DNA of 64,000 nt. It comes from Myxococcota bacterium. GTDB lineage: Bacteria; Myxococcota; SpSt-1050. The translations under genes were made by a program, and so were the position numbers. The DNA lies in contig JBMFOP010000001.1 of assembly GCA_049969675.1 (NCBI GenBank), positions 47,738 to 111,737 of the forward strand, written 5' to 3'. Under the pieces are notes generated by a model. The model did no database searches and was not told where the DNA came from. It saw only the letters and a program-made list of their open reading frames with translations. This document shows positions 39,774 to 49,152 of the stretch, piece after piece (within the stretch, counting starts at the first letter, position 1; each line of letters starts with the position of its first letter).

Positions 39774-40120
39774 GTTTTGTGATTGTAATCGTTAACATGA
39801 ACGCTGTATTTTTTCTGGCATTCCTTGCAGATTAAAAGCTGCACTTATGCATAAAAAAATTATCCCGCTTCGCTCCGCCATTTCGCATAAACGGCTCTTG
39901 TGGTTTGTGTTATTTTCATTGTGCTATGCTTACGCAGATGCACAAAAGAATAATTCTGCCTCACGCTGTTCGGCAGATAATTCGCACTACATAAATTTTA
40001 CGAGCCTTAAACAAAAGTTGAATACAAATCCAGATTTGTGAATATTACAGACTTAATCAAATAAAGTTTATGCATTGCACTACGAGGCTACTCTTCGCTT
40101 CACCTTGTCGCTAACCTTTT

Positions 40121-40162
40121 GTTTATCGTCCGTTGTCCACAGTCAACGGTACATAGTTTATA
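40121..40162. repeat. Degenerate heptamer tandem repeat (GT every 7 nt)
   Basis: GTTTATC GTCCGTT GTCCACA GTCAACG GTACATA GTTTATA. Confidence 0.55.
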
Positions 40163-40423
40163 ATCCATATTGTCTTATTTATGGTAAATAAAATTGAAGG
40201 CTATTTAAGTTAGACGGCATTTTAGCTGGTAATGAGTAGAGGAGAGTAACAAGAATTTGAAAATGTGAATCTATCCATCTAGAATCCTTGTTTTACAAAT
40301 AGTTAACTTCTCAAATCAGATTATTCTGGACAGCAGTGAAATCAACTAATTTAATTCACTATTTTAATTCTTGATTTTTATAAATAATTGTTGTATTGAC
40401 TCCTCCAACAAGGAGGTAGTCAG

Positions 40424-40633
40424 ATGAAGAAAGTCATCGCATTGGTAATTGTTCTGGTACTCTTTATTGCTTGTGCTTCACAGAAGGCGGCAGCCCCAAC
40501 TGCTCCGGAGACACCGAAGGTTGAGACGCCTGCAGCGCCTGCTGCTCCAGCAACGCCAGCCGCACCAGCAACGCCAGCCGCACCGGCTACACCAACAGCG
40601 CCTGCTACACCGGATGCTCCAGCAGGAAAGTAA
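40424..40633 (+). CDS. Small Ala/Pro/Thr-repeat lipoprotein
   Basis: AGGAGG RBS, lipobox FIAC, APATP repeats encoded by 18-bp tandem repeats. Confidence 0.85.
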   Translation: MKKVIALVIVLVLFIACASQKAAAPTAPETPKVETPAAPAAPATPAAPATPAAPATPTAPATPDAPAGK

Positions 40634-40647
40634 TTTAATTCATTTTA

Positions 40648-40690
40648 ATACAGCGTCAGAATCTTATCTGGCGCTGTATCTCTTCTCTCC
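40648..40690 (+). terminator. Hairpin terminator after the small lipoprotein
   Basis: ATACAGCGTCAGA-atctta-TCTGGCGCTGTAT followed by a pyrimidine tract. Confidence 0.65.
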
Positions 40691-40941
40691 ATTTTTCATC
40701 AATTCAGAAAAAGTTCAAAGAAAAGTTCAGGAAGGGTTAACCTATCTTTTCTTTTAGATTAAATTTTTAACAATAGAGATTTACGAAATTAAACCCAGAC
40801 TTCCCGTGAGTAAAAGTAACAGGTAAAGCAAAAGAGGGGGAAAAATGAATTTATGTTATTTTGATTCACTTTAAACGGATTGAGCATAAATTGAATTTTT
40901 GCTTTGCTTATATTGAATTGTTGTGTCATAAAGGGAAATCT

Positions 40942-42096
40942 ATGATGCGTATGGATGATATTTCAAAGAAAAAGGCGTTTCTGACAGTCCTTTTGATATT
41001 TATGGTCTGGAGGGGTTCGTTATTTCTCTTTGATTTTATCGGGATGAGTTTTACCTATGAGCGCACCAACAATACAAATAAAGACTATCAGGCATATCCA
41101 CAGAAGGAGAGATATTTCATTGATGGATGGTTCAGATGGGATTCGGGCTGGTATAAGAGGATTGCCGAGCGTGGATATTATATTGAAGGACAACAGAGTG
41201 ATGTAGCGTTCTTTCCACTCTTCCCATACCTTTCAAGATATCTGGGATATGTAGTGGGTAATCACTTTCTGGCTGGATTTTTGATCTCAAATTTCTCTAC
41301 ATTGTTTGCAATCTTCTTTATGTATCTGATTGCCCTTTCTATGACTGATGCGGGGCGCGCAAAAAGGTCAATTATCCTTATACTTTTATTCCCGGCCTCA
41401 TTCTTTCTCTCTGCATATTACACAGAAGGGCTGTTTTTACTTACAATAACGGGGAGTACATACTTCTTCTTTAAGAGGAATTATCTCCTGTCCGGTATAT
41501 TCGGAATGGCGGCTATGCTTACACGTTCAACAGGATTAATTCTCTTTGTGGCATTCTCCCTCTATTTACTATATGAAATTCTCCAAAAACGAGAGAGATT
41601 CTCTATTTCAATGTTATATCTTCTGCTCATCCCTTCGGGACTTCTCATCTTTATGCTGATGCTCAAGGTTCAGGTAGGAGACCCATTTGCATTTTCAAAA
41701 TTTCAGGCGGGATGGGGGAGACATTTCCTCTTTCCCATCTTTACACCATTTGTAGAGCTGTACAGGGTCAACTGGTCATTTCCGAGAGATGATGTAAATA
41801 TGCAAAAATTTTTGGAGGCAATTACCTCTATATTATTCCTCATAATTGCTATTATGATGATAGTTAAAAAATATAATCCTGTACTCTGGATGATTCTACT
41901 CTTAGGTATCCTTATGCCACTTTCTACTGGTAAGGTAATGTCAATGATGAGGTTTGCCTCAGTCCTCTTCCCTGCATTTTATTATTTATCTGATTTATGT
42001 GAAGACAGAAGTGTAGAGCGATTTATAATATTTCTCTTCTCTTTCTTTCTCGCAATTTATAACTTGAGATTTTTAAACTGGTTCTGGGCTGGCTGA
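40942..42096 (+). CDS. GT-C membrane mannosyltransferase (PIG-V/Mannosyl_trans2-like)
   Basis: RWDSGWY..IA..GY, AFFPLFP, FP.SFFLSAYYTE.LF, TR.TG, S..RF. Confidence 0.88.
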   Translation: MMRMDDISKKKAFLTVLLIFMVWRGSLFLFDFIGMSFTYERTNNTNKDYQAYPQKERYFIDGWFRWDSGWYKRIAERGYYIEGQQSDVAFFPLFPYLSRYLGYVVGNHFLAGFLISNFSTLFAIFFMYLIALSMTDAGRAKRSIILILLFPASFFLSAYYTEGLFLLTITGSTYFFFKRNYLLSGIFGMAAMLTRSTGLILFVAFSLYLLYEILQKRERFSISMLYLLLIPSGLLIFMLMLKVQVGDPFAFSKFQAGWGRHFLFPIFTPFVELYRVNWSFPRDDVNMQKFLEAITSILFLIIAIMMIVKKYNPVLWMILLLGILMPLSTGKVMSMMRFASVLFPAFYYLSDLCEDRSVERFIIFLFSFFLAIYNLRFLNWFWAG

Positions 42097-42097
42097 T

Positions 42098-43663
42098 ATG
42101 CACTTTGTAATAAGATTTGAACCGCCGGTGGAAGATGCAAAATACAATAAATATTCGCATATAATACCTGTCATTCCAGATGTTGAGATAGGAGAGGGGG
42201 ATACGGTGAGCTTCAGGGGGGAGGAGACCCTTACAAGAGAGGAGTTCTATAGTATAGCTGATACACTTGCAAAAAGGGGTGTTGATTTTGTAATTGAGAC
42301 CACGGGTATTTCATTTATTAATCCCGACAATCTAAAATATATCTTCAAAAGATATAGGATAAAGGAGATAATCATTAAGATATTCAGTCTAAACTTCACG
42401 GTAAATGATGATTTTTTTAGAGAGATCGGTACCTCTATAAAATCACTTATGGGATTGGATGCCCTTTTAAGGACTGGATTTAAAGATATAAGTTTAATTA
42501 CCTACATCTATGAGGGGAATTACTTAAACAGACTCAAGTCCATTTATGATTTTAAGAAGGATAAGGGACTCAAATATTTATATATAGAGCTGGATAACAC
42601 ACTATCCATTGAAAGAAGAAACTCTGTTTTTAAGGAAATCCTCTCCCGATTCGGTGAGCAGGATGATATTATTATAAGGAATAATGATTTTGAGATTAGA
42701 TTGAGAGATAGAGAGAGAGAGGGTATAGAAATAAGGACTGACAGAGAAAACGGCATCCTGAATCTTGTTTTGAGGAATTTTTGCACAAATAATTGCACAT
42801 TCTGTACAACAAGGATAGTTCAGATGGCGAATCGTTCACCGCTCCCTTATGATGCAAAAGAGAGGGTAATCAGGGCTATTGGTGAAGCCTCAAAATCTCT
42901 TTCAGAGAAGAATCTTTTAGAGATTGTTGCAGTAGAGCCGCTGGAACATCCCGATATAGTTAGTATACTTGAAAAGGCTAATGAGTGTGGATTTGAGGAT
43001 ATCAGATTGCTTACGCATGGGAGATTAATCAGGAGTAAGAAGGAGCTAAATAATTTAAAGAGATTGGGAGTAAGGGAGATGATTCTCCCAATTGCATTTT
43101 ATTCACCAGAATCCGCTATGGCTAATGTCAGAGACAGAAATGCCTTTTATGATATGATAAATCTTTTGGAGTTGATAAAGAATTACAGAGGTATAGATTT
43201 CAGATTCAATATTATGCTCTCCCAACAAAACTACAGAGATATTTACAGGATCATCAGATTTTTAAAAGCGAATAATATAAGTAAATTTAATATCAATCTC
43301 GCACTGCCCTCCATTGAGGATGAGAGATTTTATAGACCTTATGCTGTTAAGTTATCGGATTTGGTAGAATATATAAAAGAGAATTCAGGAGATGAACAAC
43401 TCAAAGAACATATTGTAAAGTCTTTGAGCTCCATTATTCCAGCATGTATAATCAGGAGGTATTTCCCGGAGAGGTTTATAATGGAGATCAAAGATATATA
43501 TGAGAACATCACCTCCACTTCACTGGCTGCAAGGCGTCCGAGCGCAAAAGCCAAACTCAGGGTTGACTGCAAAGAGAAGATGAACTGCCCGTATGGTAGT
43601 TTCTGTGTCGGTGTAAATGAGACATATATAAAATTATTTGGTGATGAGGAGTTTTATTTTTGA
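42098..43663 (+). CDS. Radical SAM protein with a degenerate N-terminal second rSAM domain
   Basis: CTNNCTFC motif mid-protein; N-half has FRGEETL/IETTG remnants without Cys; C-terminal C..C...C.G...Y...FG..EF. Confidence 0.85.
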   Translation: MHFVIRFEPPVEDAKYNKYSHIIPVIPDVEIGEGDTVSFRGEETLTREEFYSIADTLAKRGVDFVIETTGISFINPDNLKYIFKRYRIKEIIIKIFSLNFTVNDDFFREIGTSIKSLMGLDALLRTGFKDISLITYIYEGNYLNRLKSIYDFKKDKGLKYLYIELDNTLSIERRNSVFKEILSRFGEQDDIIIRNNDFEIRLRDREREGIEIRTDRENGILNLVLRNFCTNNCTFCTTRIVQMANRSPLPYDAKERVIRAIGEASKSLSEKNLLEIVAVEPLEHPDIVSILEKANECGFEDIRLLTHGRLIRSKKELNNLKRLGVREMILPIAFYSPESAMANVRDRNAFYDMINLLELIKNYRGIDFRFNIMLSQQNYRDIYRIIRFLKANNISKFNINLALPSIEDERFYRPYAVKLSDLVEYIKENSGDEQLKEHIVKSLSSIIPACIIRRYFPERFIMEIKDIYENITSTSLAARRPSAKAKLRVDCKEKMNCPYGSFCVGVNETYIKLFGDEEFYF

Positions 43664-44592
43664 TGAAGAGGATTGTTTTTACTATCCTGATTCTATTAAT
43701 GTATGGCTGCGAGAGAAAAGATTACTATTCTGAGATTAAGAGAGATTGTAATTTAGAGAAGGCAGAGAGGATTTTAAGTACATTGTTGTCCAGAGAAGAT
43801 CCACAGTCAATAAAGGTAATTGATGCTATATCTGAGTGCAATTCAGATATAATGGATAAATTCTTATCTGATATCTATAATAGGTCTGATGAAAAGATAA
43901 AAAGGCATATATACCTTAGACTCATAGAGAAGAGGAGCAAGGCATTTTTAGAGACGGCATTTAATATTTTGATAAATAAGGTACAGACAAATGAGGATTA
44001 TAGCGGTGAATTGAAATATATAAATGAGACAGACCCCGAATTTATAGAGAAGAAGTATAAAGAGCTCACTCATCAAATAGAGGAGGCAAAGAAGAATAAG
44101 AATAGATTGGGTCTTGAGATATTGCTGGATAATATTAAAGCCCTCTCAACTCTAATGGGGAAGGGGATAGATGAAGATGGGATTCTGAAAGATATCAATA
44201 GACTCAGCCGGGAAGAGGAGAAGGAGAGTCTCTATAGTAAGTTTATTGACGCCACAAATAATCAGGAGATGACAAAGGCATATAATATATTCAAAAGGCT
44301 TAAAGAACATAATCTAATATTAAAAGGCGACAACGCAACTAATCTTGAAGAGATATTAAGACAGCTCTCTGAGACAGAGGATAAGTTTTATGAGACCTCT
44401 TTGAGACTGGATGGACTTATGATAGAGATTGAGAAGGGGAGGCGCGAGGGAAATACCAATGATGTAAAGAGACTTGAAGAGGAATTGAGGTCTGTAAAAT
44501 CGGATATGGTCTTTAAGAAGAGGGCACTTGATAGGGCAGCAAAGAGACTTCCCCGTGTGAGAGAACTTTTTGAACAGGTGAGGGTAAAATGA
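43663..44592 (+). CDS. Helical/coiled-coil lipoprotein
   Basis: Lipobox LMYGC; TGATG overlap with the upstream gene. Confidence 0.75.
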   Translation: MKRIVFTILILLMYGCERKDYYSEIKRDCNLEKAERILSTLLSREDPQSIKVIDAISECNSDIMDKFLSDIYNRSDEKIKRHIYLRLIEKRSKAFLETAFNILINKVQTNEDYSGELKYINETDPEFIEKKYKELTHQIEEAKKNKNRLGLEILLDNIKALSTLMGKGIDEDGILKDINRLSREEEKESLYSKFIDATNNQEMTKAYNIFKRLKEHNLILKGDNATNLEEILRQLSETEDKFYETSLRLDGLMIEIEKGRREGNTNDVKRLEEELRSVKSDMVFKKRALDRAAKRLPRVRELFEQVRVK

Positions 44593-45170
44593 GAAAGGCA
44601 ATTTTTATTATCTTAGGTTTGATAATTATATCAATTCTCCTCTTTGCACTCATAACCAGGTTTTATCTACCTTTTGAGTGTATTAAAGGAGATAAGTCAG
44701 AATGCATCAGTCGGGCGTCTGAATTGTCAGACAAGAATTTGCTCAAAAGGGTCTGCAGTAAGATAGATAGAGATGGTTGTATTACACTCCTTGGTATGTT
44801 GCATTCAAAATCAAAGGATGATTTGATTCCATATATAAGCGACGACTATTGTAATCAGAATATTTCCGCATTCTGTGCATTTTCTTCAATAGCATATAGC
44901 ACTGATGGAGATAGTAGTAACGCACAGAATTTTGCACTGAAGGGTTGTGATTTAAATGAGGGGGTGAGCTGTGCTATTTTAGCAGGTATAGAGCTGGACA
45001 ACGAGAAAGACGAAGACGCCTTAAAGAGCTCCCTTAAGGGTTGTCTTCTGAACTCCGCAGCCGCCTGTGCGATAGCCGGGACAATACTCATTAATAAGGG
45101 TGAGGAGAGGGAGGGGATGCAGTTTATTGATCGGTGTTGTGAACTGGGTGGCGAGGAGTGCTGTAATTAG
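44589..45170 (+). CDS. Cys-rich Sel1-like repeat membrane-anchored protein
   Basis: Repeated K.C.L....C..L pattern (Hcp/Sel1-like) after an N-terminal TM helix. Confidence 0.7.
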   Translation: MRKAIFIILGLIIISILLFALITRFYLPFECIKGDKSECISRASELSDKNLLKRVCSKIDRDGCITLLGMLHSKSKDDLIPYISDDYCNQNISAFCAFSSIAYSTDGDSSNAQNFALKGCDLNEGVSCAILAGIELDNEKDEDALKSSLKGCLLNSAAACAIAGTILINKGEEREGMQFIDRCCELGGEECCN

Positions 45171-45203
45171 AAAATTTTGCCGATTTTTTGACAGGATAAA
45201 AAT

Positions 45204-46562
45204 TTGATTTATAAAGAAGATATGAGGGACTCAATAATAAAAATTGTCAGAAGACATACAGAGACCGGAAAGAGGATATTCAGATTTTACCTAATTTTTC
45301 TCTCTATACTGATAACGGTAGTATTTATCTGGGGACTTACAAATGTAAAGAGAGATATCAGAATTGATAAACGGATTATTGAGGACTTTGAGAATAAGAG
45401 TATAGAGGAGCATTTTCAGGAGATAGATGGAATCTGTGGAATTGATATCTCCCAATATAAGATTGAACCCACAAAAATTGTTTTTGAAAATGGAGAGTAT
45501 ATATACAGATATCCTGATAAAAAAATTGCCCACCTTACCATTGTGCCTGAGATGCAAAACATATTGAAGAAGAATCTTGAAACCTATTCGCTGCCATTTG
45601 CGGGCGCAATTGTTCTGGATGCATCAACGGGTAAGATTTTAGCTATGTATGAGAAGAGGCGGGATAGCCGATACTCAATCTTTAGGACATATAAAGCCGC
45701 CTCTGTGTTCAAGATTATTACAATGGAGTCTCTGCTCTCGGAAAAGAATATAAATACAGATGAACAGATGTGCTATTATGGTGGGAAGAGAAGTATTGAG
45801 AGAAGGCATCTCATTGAAAATCCAAAAAAGGACCATAAATGTTTAAATATAAATAAGGCATTGGGACACTCTGCAAATGTGATATTTGCCAGACTTGCTT
45901 ATAGATATCTGGACAGAGAAATTCTTAGAAATCACACTACAAATTTTGGTTTCTTTGAATCTATCCCGGTTGAGTTTGAGGTGGAGAGGAGTAATATCAA
46001 TATCCCATCGGAGAGGGAAGAACTCGCATATACAGCAGCCGGTTTTGGAGAGACCTATATCAGTGTACTTCACGGGGCAATCATTGCATCCATCGTCGCA
46101 AATAACGGGATATATGTAAAGCCTTCAATAATAGAGCAGATAGAGGATGATGAACAAAATATATTATATCAACACATCAGGACAGAATTCAAAGAGGTCT
46201 TTTCAAAAGATGTGGCGAACAGACTTAAGGAGATGATGAGATATACAATTACAGAGGGGACTGCCCATAAATTCTTTGCAAAGAGAAGACCTGTTGATTT
46301 TATCAGGGAGATACCTGTAGCAGGGAAGACTGGTTCAATTGCAGATAAAGGGAGTAATTACACGGAATATAACTGGTTTGTAGGATTCGCACCAGTAGAT
46401 AATCCCAAATATGTCATCTCTGTTATTACAATAAATTCTGAGAACATCTCTGCAAGGGCTACCTTATACGCAAAGAATATCTTAAATGACCTGTTCAAAA
46501 TAAAGACAACTAAATACAAATTATCTGATGGCAAATCAGGAGAGATTCTGGGTATAAGATAG
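45204..46562 (+). CDS. Penicillin-binding transpeptidase domain protein
   Basis: AASVFKIIT (SxxK), HSAN (SxN), AGKTG, WFVGFAP; start may be 45222. Confidence 0.9.
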   Translation: MIYKEDMRDSIIKIVRRHTETGKRIFRFYLIFLSILITVVFIWGLTNVKRDIRIDKRIIEDFENKSIEEHFQEIDGICGIDISQYKIEPTKIVFENGEYIYRYPDKKIAHLTIVPEMQNILKKNLETYSLPFAGAIVLDASTGKILAMYEKRRDSRYSIFRTYKAASVFKIITMESLLSEKNINTDEQMCYYGGKRSIERRHLIENPKKDHKCLNINKALGHSANVIFARLAYRYLDREILRNHTTNFGFFESIPVEFEVERSNINIPSEREELAYTAAGFGETYISVLHGAIIASIVANNGIYVKPSIIEQIEDDEQNILYQHIRTEFKEVFSKDVANRLKEMMRYTITEGTAHKFFAKRRPVDFIREIPVAGKTGSIADKGSNYTEYNWFVGFAPVDNPKYVISVITINSENISARATLYAKNILNDLFKIKTTKYKLSDGKSGEILGIR

Positions 46563-46564
46563 GA

Positions 46565-47560
46565 TTATAGCTCCATTGATGGATTTGCAAAGACATTCCT
46601 TAAATTATCGTAAGAGCCCCTGACTATTCTTCTGACAGCAGCGGCGGCTATCATAGCGGCATTGTCTGTACAAAATCTCCTCTCAGGGAAGAAGACCTCA
46701 ATCCCATAGCCTTGAGCGTTTTTTATAAAATAATTTCTTATATAGTTATTGAATGCCACACCGCCAGAGAAGAGGACCTTTTTGATTCCAGTATTCTTAG
46801 AGGCAATTACTCCCTTTTCAAAGAGCGTTTTTGCAACGGCAAGCTGAAATGATGCAGCCAGATTATTTCTATCTTCCGGGTTTTTTATAGGATACTTTCT
46901 TATGTAATCTATTACAAATGTCTTGAGTCCCGAAAAACTCATATCCACTCTATCTGGCATAATATCAGGGAATGTAATTGAATTTTCATCTCCCCTTTGT
47001 GCACACTTCTCTATCTCTGGACCACCAGGATAACCCAATCCAAGTACGCGCGCGACCTTGTCAAATGCCTCGCCTGCCGCATCATCAAATGTGGTCCCAA
47101 TCTGTTGATAGTTGCCCCAATCTTCTACAATATAAATATTTGTATGCCCACCGGAGACTACCATCCCTATAAATGGTGGTTTGAGCATATCACCTGAGAG
47201 TCTTATTGCTGCAAGATGACCTTCTAAGTGATTTACTCCTACAATAGGTTTGTTGAGGGCAAAGGATAATCCATTTGCGAATACTACGCCTATTAGCAAT
47301 GAACCCATAAGTCCCGGACCGTTTGTAACAGCGATGGCGTCTATCTCCTCAATATTAAGATTTGCCTTTGATAGAGCCTCATTCACAACAGGATATATCT
47401 TGAGTATATGATTTCTGCTTGCAATCTCAGGAACCACACCGCCATATCGGGAGTGAATCTCTACCTGAGATGCAACTATGTTTGAGAGGACATTAAAAGA
47501 TGTATCAATTACAGCAGAGGAGGTTTCATCACAGGAAGATTCAATACCGAGGATATACAT
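46565..47560 (-). CDS. tsaD: tRNA N6-adenosine threonylcarbamoyltransferase
   Basis: GIESSCDET, GGVVPEIASRNH, NHLEGH, VSGGHT, DDAAGEAFDK, TDNAAMIA. Confidence 0.98.
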   Translation of the reverse strand: MYILGIESSCDETSSAVIDTSFNVLSNIVASQVEIHSRYGGVVPEIASRNHILKIYPVVNEALSKANLNIEEIDAIAVTNGPGLMGSLLIGVVFANGLSFALNKPIVGVNHLEGHLAAIRLSGDMLKPPFIGMVVSGGHTNIYIVEDWGNYQQIGTTFDDAAGEAFDKVARVLGLGYPGGPEIEKCAQRGDENSITFPDIMPDRVDMSFSGLKTFVIDYIRKYPIKNPEDRNNLAASFQLAVAKTLFEKGVIASKNTGIKKVLFSGGVAFNNYIRNYFIKNAQGYGIEVFFPERRFCTDNAAMIAAAAVRRIVRGSYDNLRNVFANPSMEL

Positions 47561-49146
47561 TATTTGAAGTATTCAATGTTTATATCTAAAAAGATATTAT
47601 CTCTCTCCTCAATAGTCTTGAGCCACTCAAGATTTACTGAATGAGATTTGACCTCGTTATATATTCGGGTAAATCTCAGTATATGGTCCGAAAATCTCTT
47701 ATGCGCATATCCTACAGCGGTTCCGGTCTTCATTATGAATGCCCAGTCGCTGCTCTGAGCAAGGAGTAGTTCTCGAGCCGCCTGCCTGATTGCCCTATCG
47801 TCAATCTCATTTTTGCCATAGTAATAATTGGCAAGTTCATTCATCCTCTTCTCTGCCATATGCAGGTGTGGATATATCCAGGCATTTGACCCCTCTACCC
47901 ATACCTCATAATAACCTTTATTACCCCATGAGGAACGGGCGGGATTGACTATCTGCTGTGTTGGATACTGCCTGAGATATTCGGATAGAGATAGGGTTTT
48001 GAAGACCTTCTGGTCATAATAGGATTTTCTAAAGAAGAAATTTAAGAAGTCAGGGCCCTCGAACCACCAGTGCCCAAACAGTTCAGCATCATAGGGTGCA
48101 AGTACAATAGGCTTTATACCAAGTTTTGAATGCAGATATTCAATCTGTTTCTCTCTGTTAAACATAAAGTTACCTGCATGGATAGCGGCTTTATGTATTG
48201 CCGCATCTCTATTGTATGGTTCTTTGTGCTTTGTCTTCCCGGTGATTCTGTAATATTTTACTCCAGTAAATACCCTGATGCCATCGGGGTGGATATATGG
48301 CTTGATGTAGTCATAGTCCAGATCAAATCCCACATCCCGATAAAAATCTCTGTAATCATAATCTCCCGGATATCCCTCATCTGCACTCCAGACCTGCTTA
48401 CTTGATTCGGGGTCTCTTCCATATGCGGCTATCCCATAGGGGGTATATATCGGGGCATATACACCAAATATCGGAGTGGGTCTCCCATATAAGAGCCCGT
48501 GTGTATCAAGAATGAAGTACCTTATCTCAGCCTCAAAGAGGAATCTCTCCACACCGTTGAAATATGCACATTCGGGTAGCCATATCCCCTTTGGGTCTCT
48601 TCCAAAACATCTTCTGTGATAATCTCTGGCGGTCATTATCTGGGCTCTTATTGCCCATGGGTGCTCCTCCATAAGAGGAAGAAAGCCGTGTGTCGCCCCA
48701 ACGGTTAGAATTTCAAGATATCCTGCATCCTGAAACCTCTTAAATTGCGAGATGAGGTCTCTCTTGTACTTCTCTTCAAAGAGATAGCGGAGTTTCTGAA
48801 AACGTGTATGATAAAACCAGGCGAGGTTATTGAATTCAGGCTGATGTCTGGTACGTTCAATCTCTTTACCTGTCAGGTCTATCAACCTATAAAGATGTTT
48901 GAGATATCTATCTCTTAGCAACTCATCGTTCATCATTGAAGCCAGAGATGGAGAGATGGTCATATTCAGTCTGAAACCTATTCCATCCTGAGCCAGACCT
49001 TCAAATATTTCAAGTAGTGGGAGGTAGGTCTCTGAAATCGCCTCATAAAACCAGTCCTCTTCTAAAAACTCATCATATTCGGGATGTCTTACAAATGGGA
49101 GATGTGCGTGTAGTAAAAGTGCTACATACCCTTTTTCGTCAAACAC
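47560..49146 (-). CDS. GH57 1,4-alpha-glucan branching enzyme (DUF1957)
   Basis: LHAHLPFVRHP, ETYLPL, ATHGFLP, GIWLPEC, PYDAELFGHWWFEGP, LAQSSDWAF. Confidence 0.95.
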   Translation of the reverse strand: MFDEKGYVALLLHAHLPFVRHPEYDEFLEEDWFYEAISETYLPLLEIFEGLAQDGIGFRLNMTISPSLASMMNDELLRDRYLKHLYRLIDLTGKEIERTRHQPEFNNLAWFYHTRFQKLRYLFEEKYKRDLISQFKRFQDAGYLEILTVGATHGFLPLMEEHPWAIRAQIMTARDYHRRCFGRDPKGIWLPECAYFNGVERFLFEAEIRYFILDTHGLLYGRPTPIFGVYAPIYTPYGIAAYGRDPESSKQVWSADEGYPGDYDYRDFYRDVGFDLDYDYIKPYIHPDGIRVFTGVKYYRITGKTKHKEPYNRDAAIHKAAIHAGNFMFNREKQIEYLHSKLGIKPIVLAPYDAELFGHWWFEGPDFLNFFFRKSYYDQKVFKTLSLSEYLRQYPTQQIVNPARSSWGNKGYYEVWVEGSNAWIYPHLHMAEKRMNELANYYYGKNEIDDRAIRQAARELLLAQSSDWAFIMKTGTAVGYAHKRFSDHILRFTRIYNEVKSHSVNLEWLKTIEERDNIFLDINIEYFK

Positions 49147-49152
49147 AATAAT

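Larger units (their letters stand above)
38937..40338 (+). mobile_element. IS4-family relic, copy 2 (both ends kept, transposase replaced by unrelated DNA)
   Basis: 38937-39070 aligns with the reverse complement of 30857-30720; 40198-40338 aligns with the reverse complement of 30243-30099, including a 22-bp identical IR. Confidence 0.75.

Noticed and set aside
39847..40041. 64-aa ORF as a real gene
   Set aside because: It runs through palindromic repeat-like DNA with no RBS or recognisable domain
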